64,000 nt of DNA from Lama guanicoe. Lineage: Eukaryota. Below, piece by piece: positions 1 to 12,499 of the stretch. The stretch lies in NCBI GenBank assembly GCA_013239625.1, contig MU054212.1:3746744-3810743 (forward strand). The letters run 5' to 3'. Numbering within the stretch: the first letter of the stretch is position 1; each line of letters begins with the position of its first letter. The notes under the pieces were generated by a model. That model was not told the origin of the DNA. It saw only the letters and a list, made by a program, of their open reading frames with translations, and searched no databases. The position numbers and the translations under genes are program-made.

Positions 1-629
1 TTCAAATGCTATGTTTAACTCTTACTTGAGCAAATGCCTATTTCTGATATGGACCATATAAGAGATTATACTTTTAAAGCAATAAATTGCTAGCTACAAT
101 TAATTTTATAAAAATATCAAGCTTTTAATTCTAGGACAGTTTCCAGAATTTTTCTACTAAGACCGAAAATGTGATGGTTCAGATTTATGCACACAGGCAG
201 GGAAGAAGGCAAAGTGAAAGGCAAGATCCAGCAGCACCTTCTTAAACAGGGTTTCTCTCCCTCTCTCCCACAGCAAATTGCATCTTAGGACAAATCCACC
301 CCCTTTCCTTTGAGACCAAGGTTTTGTTCAGCAGCGAAGATCACCATCAACTTAACAGGAAGGTTAAGTTAAAGAGTGTAAACCAACAGAAGTTTTCGGT
401 ATCACACTTAAAATTATGTAAATACTGTTCAGTAACACCAATACCTTAGTGAATACGAGGTCCCTTCAGTACACATACCATGCTAACCCTGGAGCAGTCT
501 GTCAACAGTTACCCTTTCTGCTCAAACAGTGGCTTGATCCCTGGAGGCACAAAATGACTTAGGTGTGTTTTCCTGAGCCTTTCTTGGTATTAACTTATTT
601 TAGGCAGGCATCTTTCTTTCCCTCTAGAC

Positions 630-810
630 AAGGGGTGATTAGTGGGCATAAGAACCATTTAGAATAATTTTTTAAATGCACGTTCCCAGTCCACCTCCTT
701 CAAGACTTAGATTCAATAGGCCTGAGATCTTGCCAAGGGTCTTTGTTTTTAACAAGTATCCCAGGTAATTTCAACAAAGCTGTTTCAGGGAACAGCCTTT
801 GAAAAACACT
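630..810. mobile_element. MER5-like hAT DNA transposon fossil
   Basis: Degenerate MER5 motifs 'tttttaacaagtatcccaggtaatt' and '...tttgaaaaacact'. Confidence 0.5.
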
Positions 811-3309
811 TTATTGGAATCTTGAGTGTTTTAAGTACTGAATGAATCAACTAGTGCTTATTGGCAACTTGAGCTCATTTTATCTTGATGACAGAAGTAT
901 CATGGTTGGAAAAAGTAAAACTTTATAGACTGACTCACAAATCAATACATATTATATAAATTGATTAATGATAGAGCCAAAGCTGCTGAAGTAAATTCAG
1001 ATCCAGCCTCTTGTTAAAAAAAAAAAACAAACTTTGTTTTAAGTCACCAACATTTAGAAATAAAGAGGTATCTGTCATTTCAACTCTATCGTTTAACTGG
1101 CTCCATCAAGAAATATTTAAGTACATAAAGGAAAGTACCTGCTTTTTAGTGTTTAATCGTGGTTACACGTGACCTTGTAGATTTCTATCCATAGGAAAGG
1201 TAATCCCAAAGGTTAGTCATGTGCCCTGAAATGCATTAACTAGGTTTGTATCTAGGAGTCAATTTATCCTGATATTCTTTTATCTGACTCCACTTCTCAA
1301 ATTATCTTGAGTCTATCTTCCAATCTTAGTGGTTTCTTCATTAAGCAATGGGGTGAATAAACACATTAACATGTATTTATAAGAGAGTCATTTTTGATTC
1401 TTTGAGAATTGTGCTTTGGCAGTTTGGGAGGTTCTACTGAGATGGTCAAATGCACTCACCTGCCAAAGCCAATTAAACTACACTGATCAAAAGTACAAAT
1501 TCTTGTGCTGTTTAAGCCTAGGCACATCTTCTCTTGGCTCCCACAGTCAGTGTCAAGCGGCAGGAGACTTCTGCTGACCCTGTTCCTGCCTGTGTGTGTG
1601 TTTCTGGTTCTTGGCCACATTCAGTTCTGCCTCTAGTTTGTGCACAACCAACACATTATTTCCCCTTGATGGCAGCAATGGGGGTTTGATTTTGTAGTTT
1701 GACAGTCTGGTTTCTGCATCAAGATGGCAGGCACCTGCCCTCCGTCTAAGAGGCGGCGAAGAATTTTTGTCTGTCTCTTTGTGTTCACATCAACTAGGAA
1801 AATATTTCATATACATTATAAAGGAAAACAGCTCTTGGAGAAACTGGTTTGTGTTTCTGTTTTGACCTGTGGCTCAGAGTTTAAGTGAAGAATGTATCTA
1901 TCTGTCTAAAATTGAGAAAAAGCCATAACCTCTCACTGTGTAAATGTGAAATACTGTCCTACCTTAGTAGGTTATCAATAAGTTAATGGCAAAGTCTCAA
2001 AATAAAAAGGCTCTGTTTTGTGTTGGTTCAGAGAGATTACTACTTACATGAGTGAATTGTTCCTAAAATTCCCCCAGAATATAAACTGAATTTTAAATGT
2101 GATAGCTTTCAAAGATAAAACAAATCACTAGTCCAAAAGCATGTTTTTATAAGAATCCAAGTTTGTATAATCAAGATAAAACCACCGGACAAATAAGACT
2201 GGTTTAACAGTTTTGGTTATGAAAACAATGATATTATCTTTATTGTGATTATAGCAGAGTTCAGTATTATATAAGACGACATTTTAAAGATGTGATTTTG
2301 TTCATGAATTTCTCAAATGTCTTACACTCACTTATTAATCAAATAAGCTTCTACTCCTATATTATTTTTAGGATTACAAAAAATGTAAAAATATACTCAA
2401 CTAAAATTATAATTCTGATAAGCTTTTTGATATAAATAGTAATTTTGTTCTGTAGAGTTTCAGCTTAAACATAATATCCTACATCCTTTGGTTACTAGAA
2501 AATCTTGGGCTAGTTTTACATAGAATTAATTACTGGATAAGTTTTAGATACCTGGATAATTTCTAAGTACAACACTGAAACCCAAGTACAGGTTTAATAT
2601 ACGTACCTTCAGTTTCTTTACTATAGAGTGGTTATAATTTTGAATCATGTTATTAGATCTGCTTATTCTTGCCACTTTAAGAATGTAAAGGCTGGTATGT
2701 GTGGCTTTAGGGACTGAGTTTTGCTTGTTTGTTTGCTAAACTGTGTGACAATTATCAACTACCCACCTCTCAGCAAAACAGAAGTTAATCTGGAGCACTG
2801 AGCAGAAGTTAGATACAACTGAATATGCGAGGTAACGGGATGCAATTTCATTTTCCCAGGAAAATCAGAAGAGTATTGTTCTAAAGCAAAGTGTCTGCTT
2901 GTTCCAGAATATGAAAGGGCATGGTGGAGAACAAAAGTTGAGTTTACACAGCAAGCTGGAGATGTTTAGAGGGAACTGCATTTTATTTACCTTGGTTTTA
3001 AATACCTGAGCCTGAAAAATAAGGAAGTATGTTAAAACTTTGACAGTTTGCTTAGTTTTGATGGGCTTATAAATTAAGAACCCTTTACTGCCAAATACTG
3101 TATTAATACAAACTAGAACTTGGCTTTCTTTTTATTAAAATGACAACTAGTTTTGAAATATTTAGTCTAAGAATGGATAGTAAGTGCTTACTCTTTAGTT
3201 TAACTTGTTTAAACAGGACTCCATACTCACCCAGGATAATTTTCTGTGCTTTGCATTGCTTTATCATGTTCTTGATTTTAAAAAATAATAAAGGACAAAG
3301 TTTACTCAC

Positions 3310-3690
3310 TTGTGAAGGTGCTGAGGTCAGAGGCTGGGTTGTGCACGAGCAGATGCTGAGACAGTGGCAGATGGAAGCAAAGGGGAGAATGGCAGAAGTC
3401 AAACAGGGGGCAGGCCCCACAGTGCTTCGGCAGCCCCACGGGGAACTCGAACATACATGGCTGTGTCCAGAGTTGGACCCCAGAGTCACACCTGGGATCA
3501 CTGGGTGTGAGCCACCCTGGAAAGGAGAGCACTTAGACAAGGCAGCTCTGCAGATGAACAAAACCCACTGGGGGCTGAATGCCCGAGGCTGCCTGCTGAC
3601 AGCTGGGCAACATGTCCTTCCATGACCAGGAAGCTGGGCAGCTCACCCCCACGGGCACAATCCCCTCCGGTCATGCTACCTTCCACTACG
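3310..3690 (-). mobile_element. ERVL LTR16-like solo LTR
   Basis: GC-rich block in AT-rich flanks with LTR16-type motifs ('agcagatgctgagacag', 'cagccccacgggga', 'aggcagctctgcag'). It accounts for the overlapping ORFs at 3103-3834. Confidence 0.5.
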
Positions 3691-4086
3691 TCCATTCCGA
3701 TGTATCGGAGTGTCACCTTGATTAAAAAGGTAACCAAGCATTTTATCTCAAGAATCCATAGATCCTATCTTAATCTGGTGAGACGACTCTTCGTTAAACT
3801 TTTGGTTTGGCCTTCAAGATCAGAACTCAGTTAGGAAAAAAACACAAATTTCCAGATTTTTTTTATCATTTAAAACTTAACTTTGCAATTTCCCATTCAG
3901 CCTCCGGATGATCACGTCTTTATGCCTTGTAAAAAGGACCCTAGAAATGATAGGGTGAGTTTGGGATGCTCTGTATTTCTCAGTTAGCTCAACATTATTA
4001 CAAAGACACTCTTGTACGTTGTCAAACCCAAGGATGAATGTGTACAGGATATACATTAATAAAAGCGTCTGAGATTAGACCCGCTG

Positions 4087-4741
4087 CAATGTTTCTCCAA
4101 GTGTGGTCTCCAGACCAGCAACAGCACTCCTGGCGATCTCGTTCGCACAGGGGAACAAAACGTGCCACCCCAAAATGTGTCTCTTTGGCACAAGGGTTAT
4201 TTTAGGCTGATTATTTTTAAAAGACCTGGCAACTCAGAGTCTTTCTTTACCTCTCCCTTAACTGCCTAGAAGTTACATGAAGGGCCGTAGGTCCGGGGAA
4301 AGCCCTGTCACAGAGACACCTACAAAGATTATGGGTGCGGCGTGGTAGGGGGAGCTCAGCAGCGACTGGAGACCAGTCTTCTGTGTCCCACTGTCTCTGC
4401 ACCACATTAACAAAGCTTTGGTTATCAAATGTTTGTTCTTCCACCTCTGAACTGCCTTCCTCCCTTCTGAAGTCCCAGATCCCTACCTCCTCCTCTCAGA
4501 TGACAGGTAAGTGGCAATGGAACCTCCCCAATCCCTGCACATATGCAATGAAGTTTGACTTTCTCCTGTTAATCTGTCTCATGACAATTTAATCTGCAGA
4601 CCAGCTGAAAGAGCCTAGAAAGACAGAGCAAAGATTCCCCCCCCCCCCCCCCTTCAAAAAAAAAACACAGGGGCCCAGCGATCGGACTTTACAGAAGCTC
4701 TCCGTGGGATACCAGTGCCTGATAAAACCTGAAAACCACTG
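4087..4741 (+). mobile_element. MER5A split by an LTR insertion (pieces ~4087-4146 and ~4667-4741)
   Basis: 'caatgtttctccaagtgtggtctccagaccagcaacagca' resembles the MER5A 5' end; 'ggggcccagcgatc...ctgaaaaccactg' resembles the MER5A 3' end. Confidence 0.6.
4147..4660 (+). mobile_element. ERV1 solo LTR, MER34/MER39-like
   Basis: Starts 'ggggaacaaaacgtgccaccccaaaatgtgtctctttggc'; U5-like 'ttttctcctgttaatctgtct...agaccagctgaaagagcctagaa'; ends in C and A runs. Confidence 0.6.
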
Positions 4742-5770
4742 CCTCGCGGAACTGATCGAAAGGCCCTAGAAATCTGTTAATACCCCCAAATCTGCTTTAT
4801 ATATCCATACCCTCAGGAGTAAAGCTGGTCAAATTTGAAAGATTTATATGTATTTCATTGCAATGGAGAATTTTAGTCTCTTGTATTTTTATATTATTGG
4901 CTACTGTAATAAATTAATCACAGCATCTAGCCTCAGAAACAGGTTTCTGCTCTACCCTGATATTTGCCTAAAGACTCCAGGCATGAGTTTGTATCTTCAA
5001 CAAGGAAAAATGGTCTCAGAGGTCAAAGCCAGAGATTAAGGCCAAGACTCCCAGATCAGGCTTTGGAGCTTAAAAATGACATCACTTAGACAACTAATTA
5101 CTCCTGACGAGAGAGTCAGGACGTAAACAAAACTGACTGCATCAGACTAAATGAACCAGTGAGAGAACTTTAATTGTGGTTATTTATTTTGGAATATACT
5201 ATTTTCAGTGTTCTATTTTCTAATCAGTATATGAGAAAGGCTCTCTCAAATTACTGGACTGTGCTTCTGTAGATTGAAACATTTGACAAGTAATATCCAA
5301 TTCTTATTAACCCCTCAGAATTCAGATGATTCTACAGTGTTTCCTTATTTGCAATGAAAATATTTGCTCTCCTTACTTTTAATGAAATATGGTTATTTGC
5401 GTATATTCTCTCCTAGTCCTCCTTACTAGGGTGTAACTGTAAAACCGTACAACCACAGCTGTACCTAGTGTCATATTTAACAATGCTTCTTACTTGATAC
5501 GGTGTAACAAGCATAAAAATAAAAATCATCCTTGATGTGTGGACATAATACTTCAATCCCTCCTAGAAACGCTGGCCTGTAATCTGTGCTACAGTTTAGA
5601 AGGTTCCAGCCTCACAGGGTAAGGAAGGTCACTTCCTGATAGTCAGAACCTTATAAAACACGGGGACTGTCTATGAGATTGGACTTCGCCCCGACTTACA
5701 GGTAATGCAGGTGAAACTTCATAAAGGGAGAGTCTTAGCCTTGACTTCCTAGACCCAAGATAGAAAAGTA

Positions 5771-6198
5771 AGTAACAGAGATGCCAACTAAAAAGTGTCG
5801 CTCGCCATCTGGCTCTGTAAGAATGAGGTCACTAGCCACTGCAGTCAGTGACTCAACACACCCTAAAAGGAGTTCAGGGGGGAGATCAGGAATGAGACAC
5901 TCTGACAGGCCTTCAGATACTTCAGGAGATTTTATGACCCCAATTTCTTGCACCTTCTCATATCTAGAAAGGCCCTAAAGTCATTAACAGGTATCTGTTC
6001 CCCGTCACTAGCAGCAAGCCTCTGCCAAAGCGTGTGCCTGACTGTACGCACCCCCCTCACTAAAATCACATACATACCGACCTCCGCCCACCTCTTCGGA
6101 GCAGTTCCTCGGCGCTGTCGGAGAGGCGATAGTCCTCGTTCTGCCCTAAATAAAACTTAACTCACAATTCTCATATTGTGCATTTTTTTCAGTCTATA
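5771..6198 (+). mobile_element. ERV1 solo LTR
   Basis: 'gtaacagag' start, AATAAA at 6149-6154, U5-like end 'cttaactcacaattctcatattgtgcatttttttcagtctata'. Confidence 0.6.
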
Positions 6199-6839
6199 AA
6201 GGCATATAAAAGTCCAAGCCAGGATTCCTCTAGCAAACGTCCACGTAGTTCATTTTCTCACCTTTGTTTGCAGCTCGCTAGAAGAAGCTTGTATGTGTTT
6301 ATTTACAAAGGTGCAGCGAGAGGTGTAAATTATCAGGCCACGATTAAATAAGGCTAACTTTTGTTGTTTAAGAATAAGCTTTAGAAATTATTTATGGTCA
6401 TAGTGGGAGTTGGGGGAGCAGTTGAGAAAAAAAAAATAGCCAAAACTTGGAAATGAAGCTTAAGGATAACTGCCTGTCCTTTCAGTGTCATTGTTTTAAG
6501 GATTACATAAATATCTTGGTGATTGTACCTATGGATTTGACTTTGTTATTTAGTATTAAATCAGAATACTGATACTTTGAAACTGAGAATTTTTAGATTC
6601 CTCTTAAATAAAAAAGTTCTTCCTTTGTAAGCCATTAACCACTTTTAATCTATTCACAGATTTCAGCTTTCTTTTGACTGTCTGACTATATAAATCTTTA
6701 TTTCCCAAATTCTGCTTTGAACCAGGCTTACCATCTTACTGGTTTCCTCATCAATTAGTGAGTTGAATAAAATCTCTGACATATGTTCATTTTATATTTA
6801 TACAAGAGTCATTTTTTTCCCACGTTTTGAAAATTCTGC

Positions 6840-7203
6840 TTTGATACTTGGGGCTGGATGTGCTTTGGAACTCAGAAGGCAGATTTTAGAAAGTGCAGAG
6901 ATGTATATTTTATATATTTTTACATTACAGAAACAGATAACTCCCAGCGGCATCTGGGACAGCACCCCATAAGCAAACATCTTAGTATTTCTCTTGTGAA
7001 GCATATAAGTATTTATATTCAGTGAGATGAAAGACAAGACAGTAAATAGCCTGTTATTTCAGGTTTGTTTTTTTGTTTTTGTTTTGTTTTTTAACCACTG
7101 AACAAACTCAGAAGAGGTCAGGATGCTACCAAGTGAGTTATGAAAAATTTGTCAGTTTTCAGCACTTGTGGATTTTGGTAGGCAATTAAGGAATTGTGAA
7201 CCT
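6840..7203 (+). mobile_element. MER46C (TcMar-Tigger) MITE
   Basis: Matches the remembered consensus: 'cttggggctggatgtg...gattttagaaag', 'cccagcggcatctgggacagcacccc', 'gttttcagcacttgtggattttgg...aaggaattgtgaacct'. Confidence 0.65.
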
Positions 7204-8316
7204 AAAATTTCTATTACCATCTCAAACAACATTTATTCAGTTACAGGATACTCATGTCAAAGATAAGAAAAAGAAGAAGTGTGAAACCTCAGAAACCATT
7301 CACAATTTAATATCCAAGAATGTAATTCAATGTGAGTCATTTCTCTGAGAAGAGTAATAGAGTTGAAAAATCTAACAATCTCAAAATAATGGCTAACGCT
7401 CCACTTTCCATGTTTAAAAAGACAATAATCAAGAGCCCCAGTAAGCAAATAAAACATCAAACAAAACTGGAAAAAAACTAGGAAGATACAGACAAAACTT
7501 CTGCATAATGTAACCAATCTTTTGCAATCTTTAAATAAAATACTTAAAAAAAGCCACATGGTCAGAAAAACAGTTTACTGGTGGTAAGGTTGAAAAGGGC
7601 TACATCAAGTCATGTGCAATGTACTCTTCAATGAATAAAGATGATCTCAACATTAGGGATAAAAACTAGAGACTAAGTTAAAACATGAATAAGTTTAGAA
7701 AAATCAGGAAGAAAGGTAAGTTTTATTGCAAAGGATATGCTGTTGTATCTTATTCAAGTTTTTCATAACATTTATGTAATATTGAGTATCAACGATGATT
7801 TGAATTAGGCTAATTCCTTAACTTTCTTCCTGATGATTCAAGTTTCTGGTTTTTTAGAGAAGGATCAAGAGAAAGGCAGAGATTTCTGGCTCTAAGATGA
7901 TCTTTATGGTTATTCTCTTCTTCCTCCTCCCTCAATTTAACAGAAAGACAAAATGATATAGAAAGAAGAGAGAAGATGGGAAGGGAGCTCTGGACAAGCT
8001 GGAGACTGGGTTACAGGTGGGGAAGGGACTGCAAACACCTCATGGAGTAGACAGCCCTCCTTTGGTTGGCTGCAGATGTACCACAACACTGAATGTCCTG
8101 GGACCGTATCAAGGGAGACTGGAAGCCCAGTAGTTTAGTCCCAACATCCATCATTAAATATATATTCTAACACAAATATGTCCCCACTGTGTCATTTGCA
8201 CACACAACAATCCACATTCATGAACCATATTCCTAGAACTTCCAAAACTGGATTTGATACAAAACATACAAGGAGGCAAAAGGACCTTTGCTGAAGGTTC
8301 TCCCTTGATGCCACCT

Positions 8317-8768
8317 CTTAAAACTTATCCTATCAAAAAATTGGACAGCTGAAACAAGTATGAATTTTTTTTAACACCAAATAATATTTATTGAATGCTT
8401 AGTAAATGACTTGATATTTGAAAACCTTTTGTGCACAGAAACCTTCCACACTATGGTGAAAAGTATTTTATAAGTTATTAATCTTTCTTCTCTATTAATC
8501 TAGGAATGAGCTGTGTCTCACACATTACAATTCACCTTTCCTCAAACTTAAAACTTATCCTATCACAAAATAGGACAGCTGAAACAAGTATGAATTTTTT
8601 TAACACCAAATAATATTTATTGAATGCTTAGTAAATGACTTGATATTTGAAAACCTTTTGTGCACAGAAACTTTCCACACTATGGTGAAAAGTGTTTTAT
8701 AAGTTATTAATCTTTCTTCTCTATTAATCTAGGAATGAGCTGTGTCTCACACATTACAATTCACCTTT
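8317..8768. repeat. Tandem duplication: 8317-8539 and 8547-8768, 7-bp spacer
   Basis: Direct comparison shows about 5 differences in ~223 bp; spacer 'cctcaaa'. Confidence 0.95.
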
Positions 8769-9964
8769 TACACTTAATACATGTACATATTTAATATATT
8801 TAAAAATCTTTAAAGACATCATTCTCGCCTTTAAGTTGAGGATGTGTCTAGGATTTCTCCCTGCCCTCCTCCCCCATCCTCCATTCTTCCTTACACTGTT
8901 CATGTATGAGGACAACCCCAGTGACAGCCCCTTAAACGTTTTCCCACCACCACACAAGGTAATTGGCTTGTAATTTTATCAGTTCTCCTGTGTTAGTTAT
9001 CCGAGCTAAACTGTAAGTGTAACCCCCAACTGGACAACGCAGTTAAACAGGCTGGGAAGGAGGGTAAAGGGAACAGTAAAATAACGGTTGATAAAGAGTC
9101 AGTGACTCTGCAGTGAAGGAGGCGGTCAAGGCCTATCAGCGGGGAGCTGCTGTCCAGACATCCAAGATGATGAACTGTACAGTGCTTCCTATAATCACAG
9201 CATACACGGGAAGAATCAGGACAGAGACCAGAGCATGGCAGCATCATTCTCACGTGGAAATACACTCCGAGGGAGCACTCATTATAGGAGAGTCCCACAG
9301 ATAGACACATCAGAAATCACGGATCACAGACCTATAAAATGTCAACTTTGTACTTAATCTATGAATTTCAGCATCTTCAGCCTAAGGAGTCTGAGAAATC
9401 CATACAACTGGGATAGAGCCTAATGCCAGGAAACTGCTGTCTCAGTGCAAATGTCACAGATGGAGACAAGGAGACTCCTGAAGAGGAGAGCAGCTGGAGG
9501 CAACAAGCAGAGTCCAGGCAGGTCCTCAGATCCTCAGGTGGACTGGAGGTTAGCATCAGAACCATGCTGCACACCTCCTATGGGGAATCACTATGTCTTC
9601 ATGGGACAAGCAGCAGGTATAAACACGACACATTGATACTGAGCCACCCCTCCCTTGGCAGTCTCCTGTTCCCCTGGAGTTCGCCAAGACTGCAGCACAG
9701 GCACTCAAGCAGAGTCCTTCACCTTCTTCCCCTTCTCCTGACTTCCTGACAAGCTGCCTGCCCTCCCGGGGGCTGCTCCGCTACCAGGCACAGCTGTCCT
9801 TGCCCAGATGCTCCCCTACTTCAACCGAAGGTCAAAGCTGACTATGGTCCACGACCACGTGGTTACTTCACCTCCCTTACAAGCGGAGCTGTTGCCCATA
9901 CCTCTGCAGTAACTCTGCTCATTGTCTCTCCAGATGGCTCTCTGCTCAGTTCTCCACTGAAGAT

Positions 9965-10435
9965 GCGTGGCAGGTTGCTTGGGAAAGTGATGCTCTCTCT
10001 CCACCCCTCCCCTTCCTGTATTCATGACATTTTCATTAAGATGGAACCTATTTCCCTGTCCCTTGAATCCAGGTTCGCCTTGCCATTTGCTTTGGCAAAC
10101 AGAACCTAGCAAAGGTGGCACATGCCTCACCTACATCAGCCTGAGCCCTCTATCATCACCCAGAGAAAAAGCCCAGCTAACTGGCTGGTGGGTGGGACCA
10201 CATGGACCAGTCACTGCTGTCAGCCCAGATGACAGCCAGCCAACTCCCCGAAGCAGGGCCATCTAACTGGCCTTCAGCTCCCAACAGATGCACGAGGCCA
10301 CTCAGCCACTATCAGACCCAGCCAGCTGGGGCCAGCCTAAACCACGGACCCACAGAGTCATGAGTCACATAATGGTTGTTATTTTAAGCCATTAAATGTG
10401 AGGGTGGTTTGCTACACTGTAGTAAGTACTTAACA
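9965..10435 (+). mobile_element. MaLR MLT1(F-like) solo LTR
   Basis: 'cccttgaatccagg...ttgctttggcaaacagaa'; 3' end 'ggttgttattttaagccattaaatgtgagggtggtttgctacac...taaca'. Confidence 0.7.
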
Positions 10436-10797
10436 GAATACGTTACCCATGGCAAATTGTCCACCTAGTAGGTAACTCTCTAGATCAGCTAATTCTCCAC
10501 AGCAGAAATATTTGAGCCTCCTGTTATATATCAAAACATATTAGAATATCAAAATACTGTTTTATAACACTGCATTATATTGTATGATGCTACAGTATTA
10601 CACTGAGTGACACTACATTATTGCATATCCCATTATACATTTTCAGAGGACACAGGTATCCAGGGGAAGCTTTGTTGGTGGCGGGGAGATGGTGTTACAC
10701 TTAGCCTCACTAGATCAGAAAACACTGCTCCTTCCAGCAGCCAGGCCACGCCGCTCAGTCTAACCCACCTTGCTCAACTTTCTCCTCCTCTTGTCTT

Positions 10798-11676
10798 TTC
10801 CAAAGCTGCTCCTCAGTCTGGCTTTCACCAATGTTCAGTTCTTTCAGAAGCATCTGTACACACTTCTGTCACTTAGGATGCCTACAGATGCAAGCACCTA
10901 AATTGGCTGTGTTAAAGAGTGAGAAGACTTACTTTCTCACATACCAAAAAAATCCAGATGTAGACAGCTCCATGGCTGCTTAATTCAACAGTTCCATGAC
11001 ATCAAGAATTCATCTTTCCACCTAACTGCTGAATAAGACGGCAGCTTTGTCCTGAGAATAGCACTCTCCTGGGCACAAAATTGTTGCCACTGCTGCAGAC
11101 ATTATGTCTAGACACATCTCTGCCTCAGTGTGTCTTGTTAAGAACCTTTCCCAGAAGTCCACCAGCAGAACTCCCTCAGACCTCACAAACTAGAACTAAA
11201 ACATGCCTCGTTCTAAATCAGTCGTTGGCAAGTGACTTCCAAAGCTGCTCTTCAGTCTGGCTTTCACCAATGTTCAGTTCTTTCAGACGCATCTGTACAC
11301 ACTTCTGTCACTTAGGATGCCTACAGATGCAAGCACCTAAATTGGCTGTGTTAAAGAGTGAGAAGACTTACTTTCTCACATACCAAAAAAATCCAGATGT
11401 AGACAGCTCCATGGCTGCTTAATTCAACAGTTCCATGACATCAAGAATTCATCTTTCCACCTAACTGCTGAATAAGACGGCAGCTTTGTCCTGAGAATAG
11501 CACTCTCCTGGGCACAAAATTGTTGCCACCGCTGCAGACACTATGTCTAGACACAACATCTCTGCCTAAGTGTGTCTTGTTAAGAACCTTTCCCAGAAGT
11601 CCACCAGCAGAATCCCCTCAGACCTCACAAACTAGAACTAAAACATGCCTCGTTCTAAATCAGTCATTGGCAAGTG
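10798..11676. repeat. Tandem duplication: 10798-11234 and 11237-11676; each unit carries a reverse-oriented old MLT1 fragment
   Basis: Direct comparison shows about 8 differences including a 3-bp indel; 2-bp spacer 'ac'. Confidence 0.95.
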
Positions 11677-11919
11677 GTATCATATAATCATGATTCACTC
11701 AAGTCAGCTAGGATTTACCCCCTTAGAAGTGTCTGCTAAAATACCTAACTTCTATGTAGGAACAAGATCAAACCATTTTTACGGTTTTCAGAGGCCCTAC
11801 GCCACTTGACGTGTTTGACCTAAGTGCCTGCTTCCAAACATCTCCATTCCATGACAAAGTTCTTTGCGGCAAATTCTTTCCTAAATTTACATGTAAGTTC
11901 AGCTAGTACTCTGGATTAT

Positions 11920-12320
11920 ATGTGGTTAAAGAGAAGGAGCACTGTGTCAGTGACTGGCATCAGACACAGCCAGTTACACTTTCCACATCCACTTGTTCAA
12001 GTTCAGCCATGCCCAAGTTGGTCCTTGGACCAGCAGCATCACCTGGGAATTCTTTTCTGGCCGCATCCCAGATTAGTGAAACAGCAATCCTGAGGGTAAG
12101 ACTCAGCTGTGTGTTTTACAAGTCTTTCAGGCTATTCCGATGCTCCCTAGTGTTTGAGAACCACTGCAGTACGTACGAGCTATGTGGCTTCGTACAAGAT
12201 ATACTCTCTTTCAGGCTCAGATTGTCAGTCTTTCAAATGGGGTAATAAGATCTCTCTTAAAGTGTTACTGTAAAAATTAAACAATGTATAAAATACTTAG
12301 TACAGTGCTGGTGCAAACAA
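11920..12320 (+). mobile_element. MIR SINE interrupted by MER5A (~12005-12167)
   Basis: MER5A 'ggtccttggaccagcagcatcacctgggaa...gtttgagaaccactg'; MIR core 'ctcagattgtcagtctttcaaatggggtaataa...aaatacttagtacagtgctgg'. Confidence 0.65.
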
Positions 12321-12499
12321 ACATGTCAGCATATTTTCATGTACATAAAACTACACATTAATTCTTAAAATCTATGTACACACTCAAATAAAGAAATCAT
12401 TGCTCAGGAAGAAAAAAATCTATGTACTACTATGAAGATGTGTATAAATGTATTAAATGAACTGATTACAAAACTACATATTTTTAAAGATGCACATCT

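Larger units (their letters stand above)
1530..6260 (+). mobile_element. Degenerate non-coding ERV1 (MER4-group-like) internal sequence, interrupted by several insertions
   Basis: Segments resembling MER4-group internal regions, e.g. 'agaaggttccagcctcacagggtaaggaaggtcacttcctg...acaggtaatgcaggtgaa' at ~5600-5720. No gag/pol/env ORF. Boundaries are approximate. Confidence 0.45.

Noticed and set aside
3103..3834. Longest ORFs (152 and 161 aa)
   Set aside because: They overlap on both strands across an LTR16-like repeat boundary and show no recognisable domain
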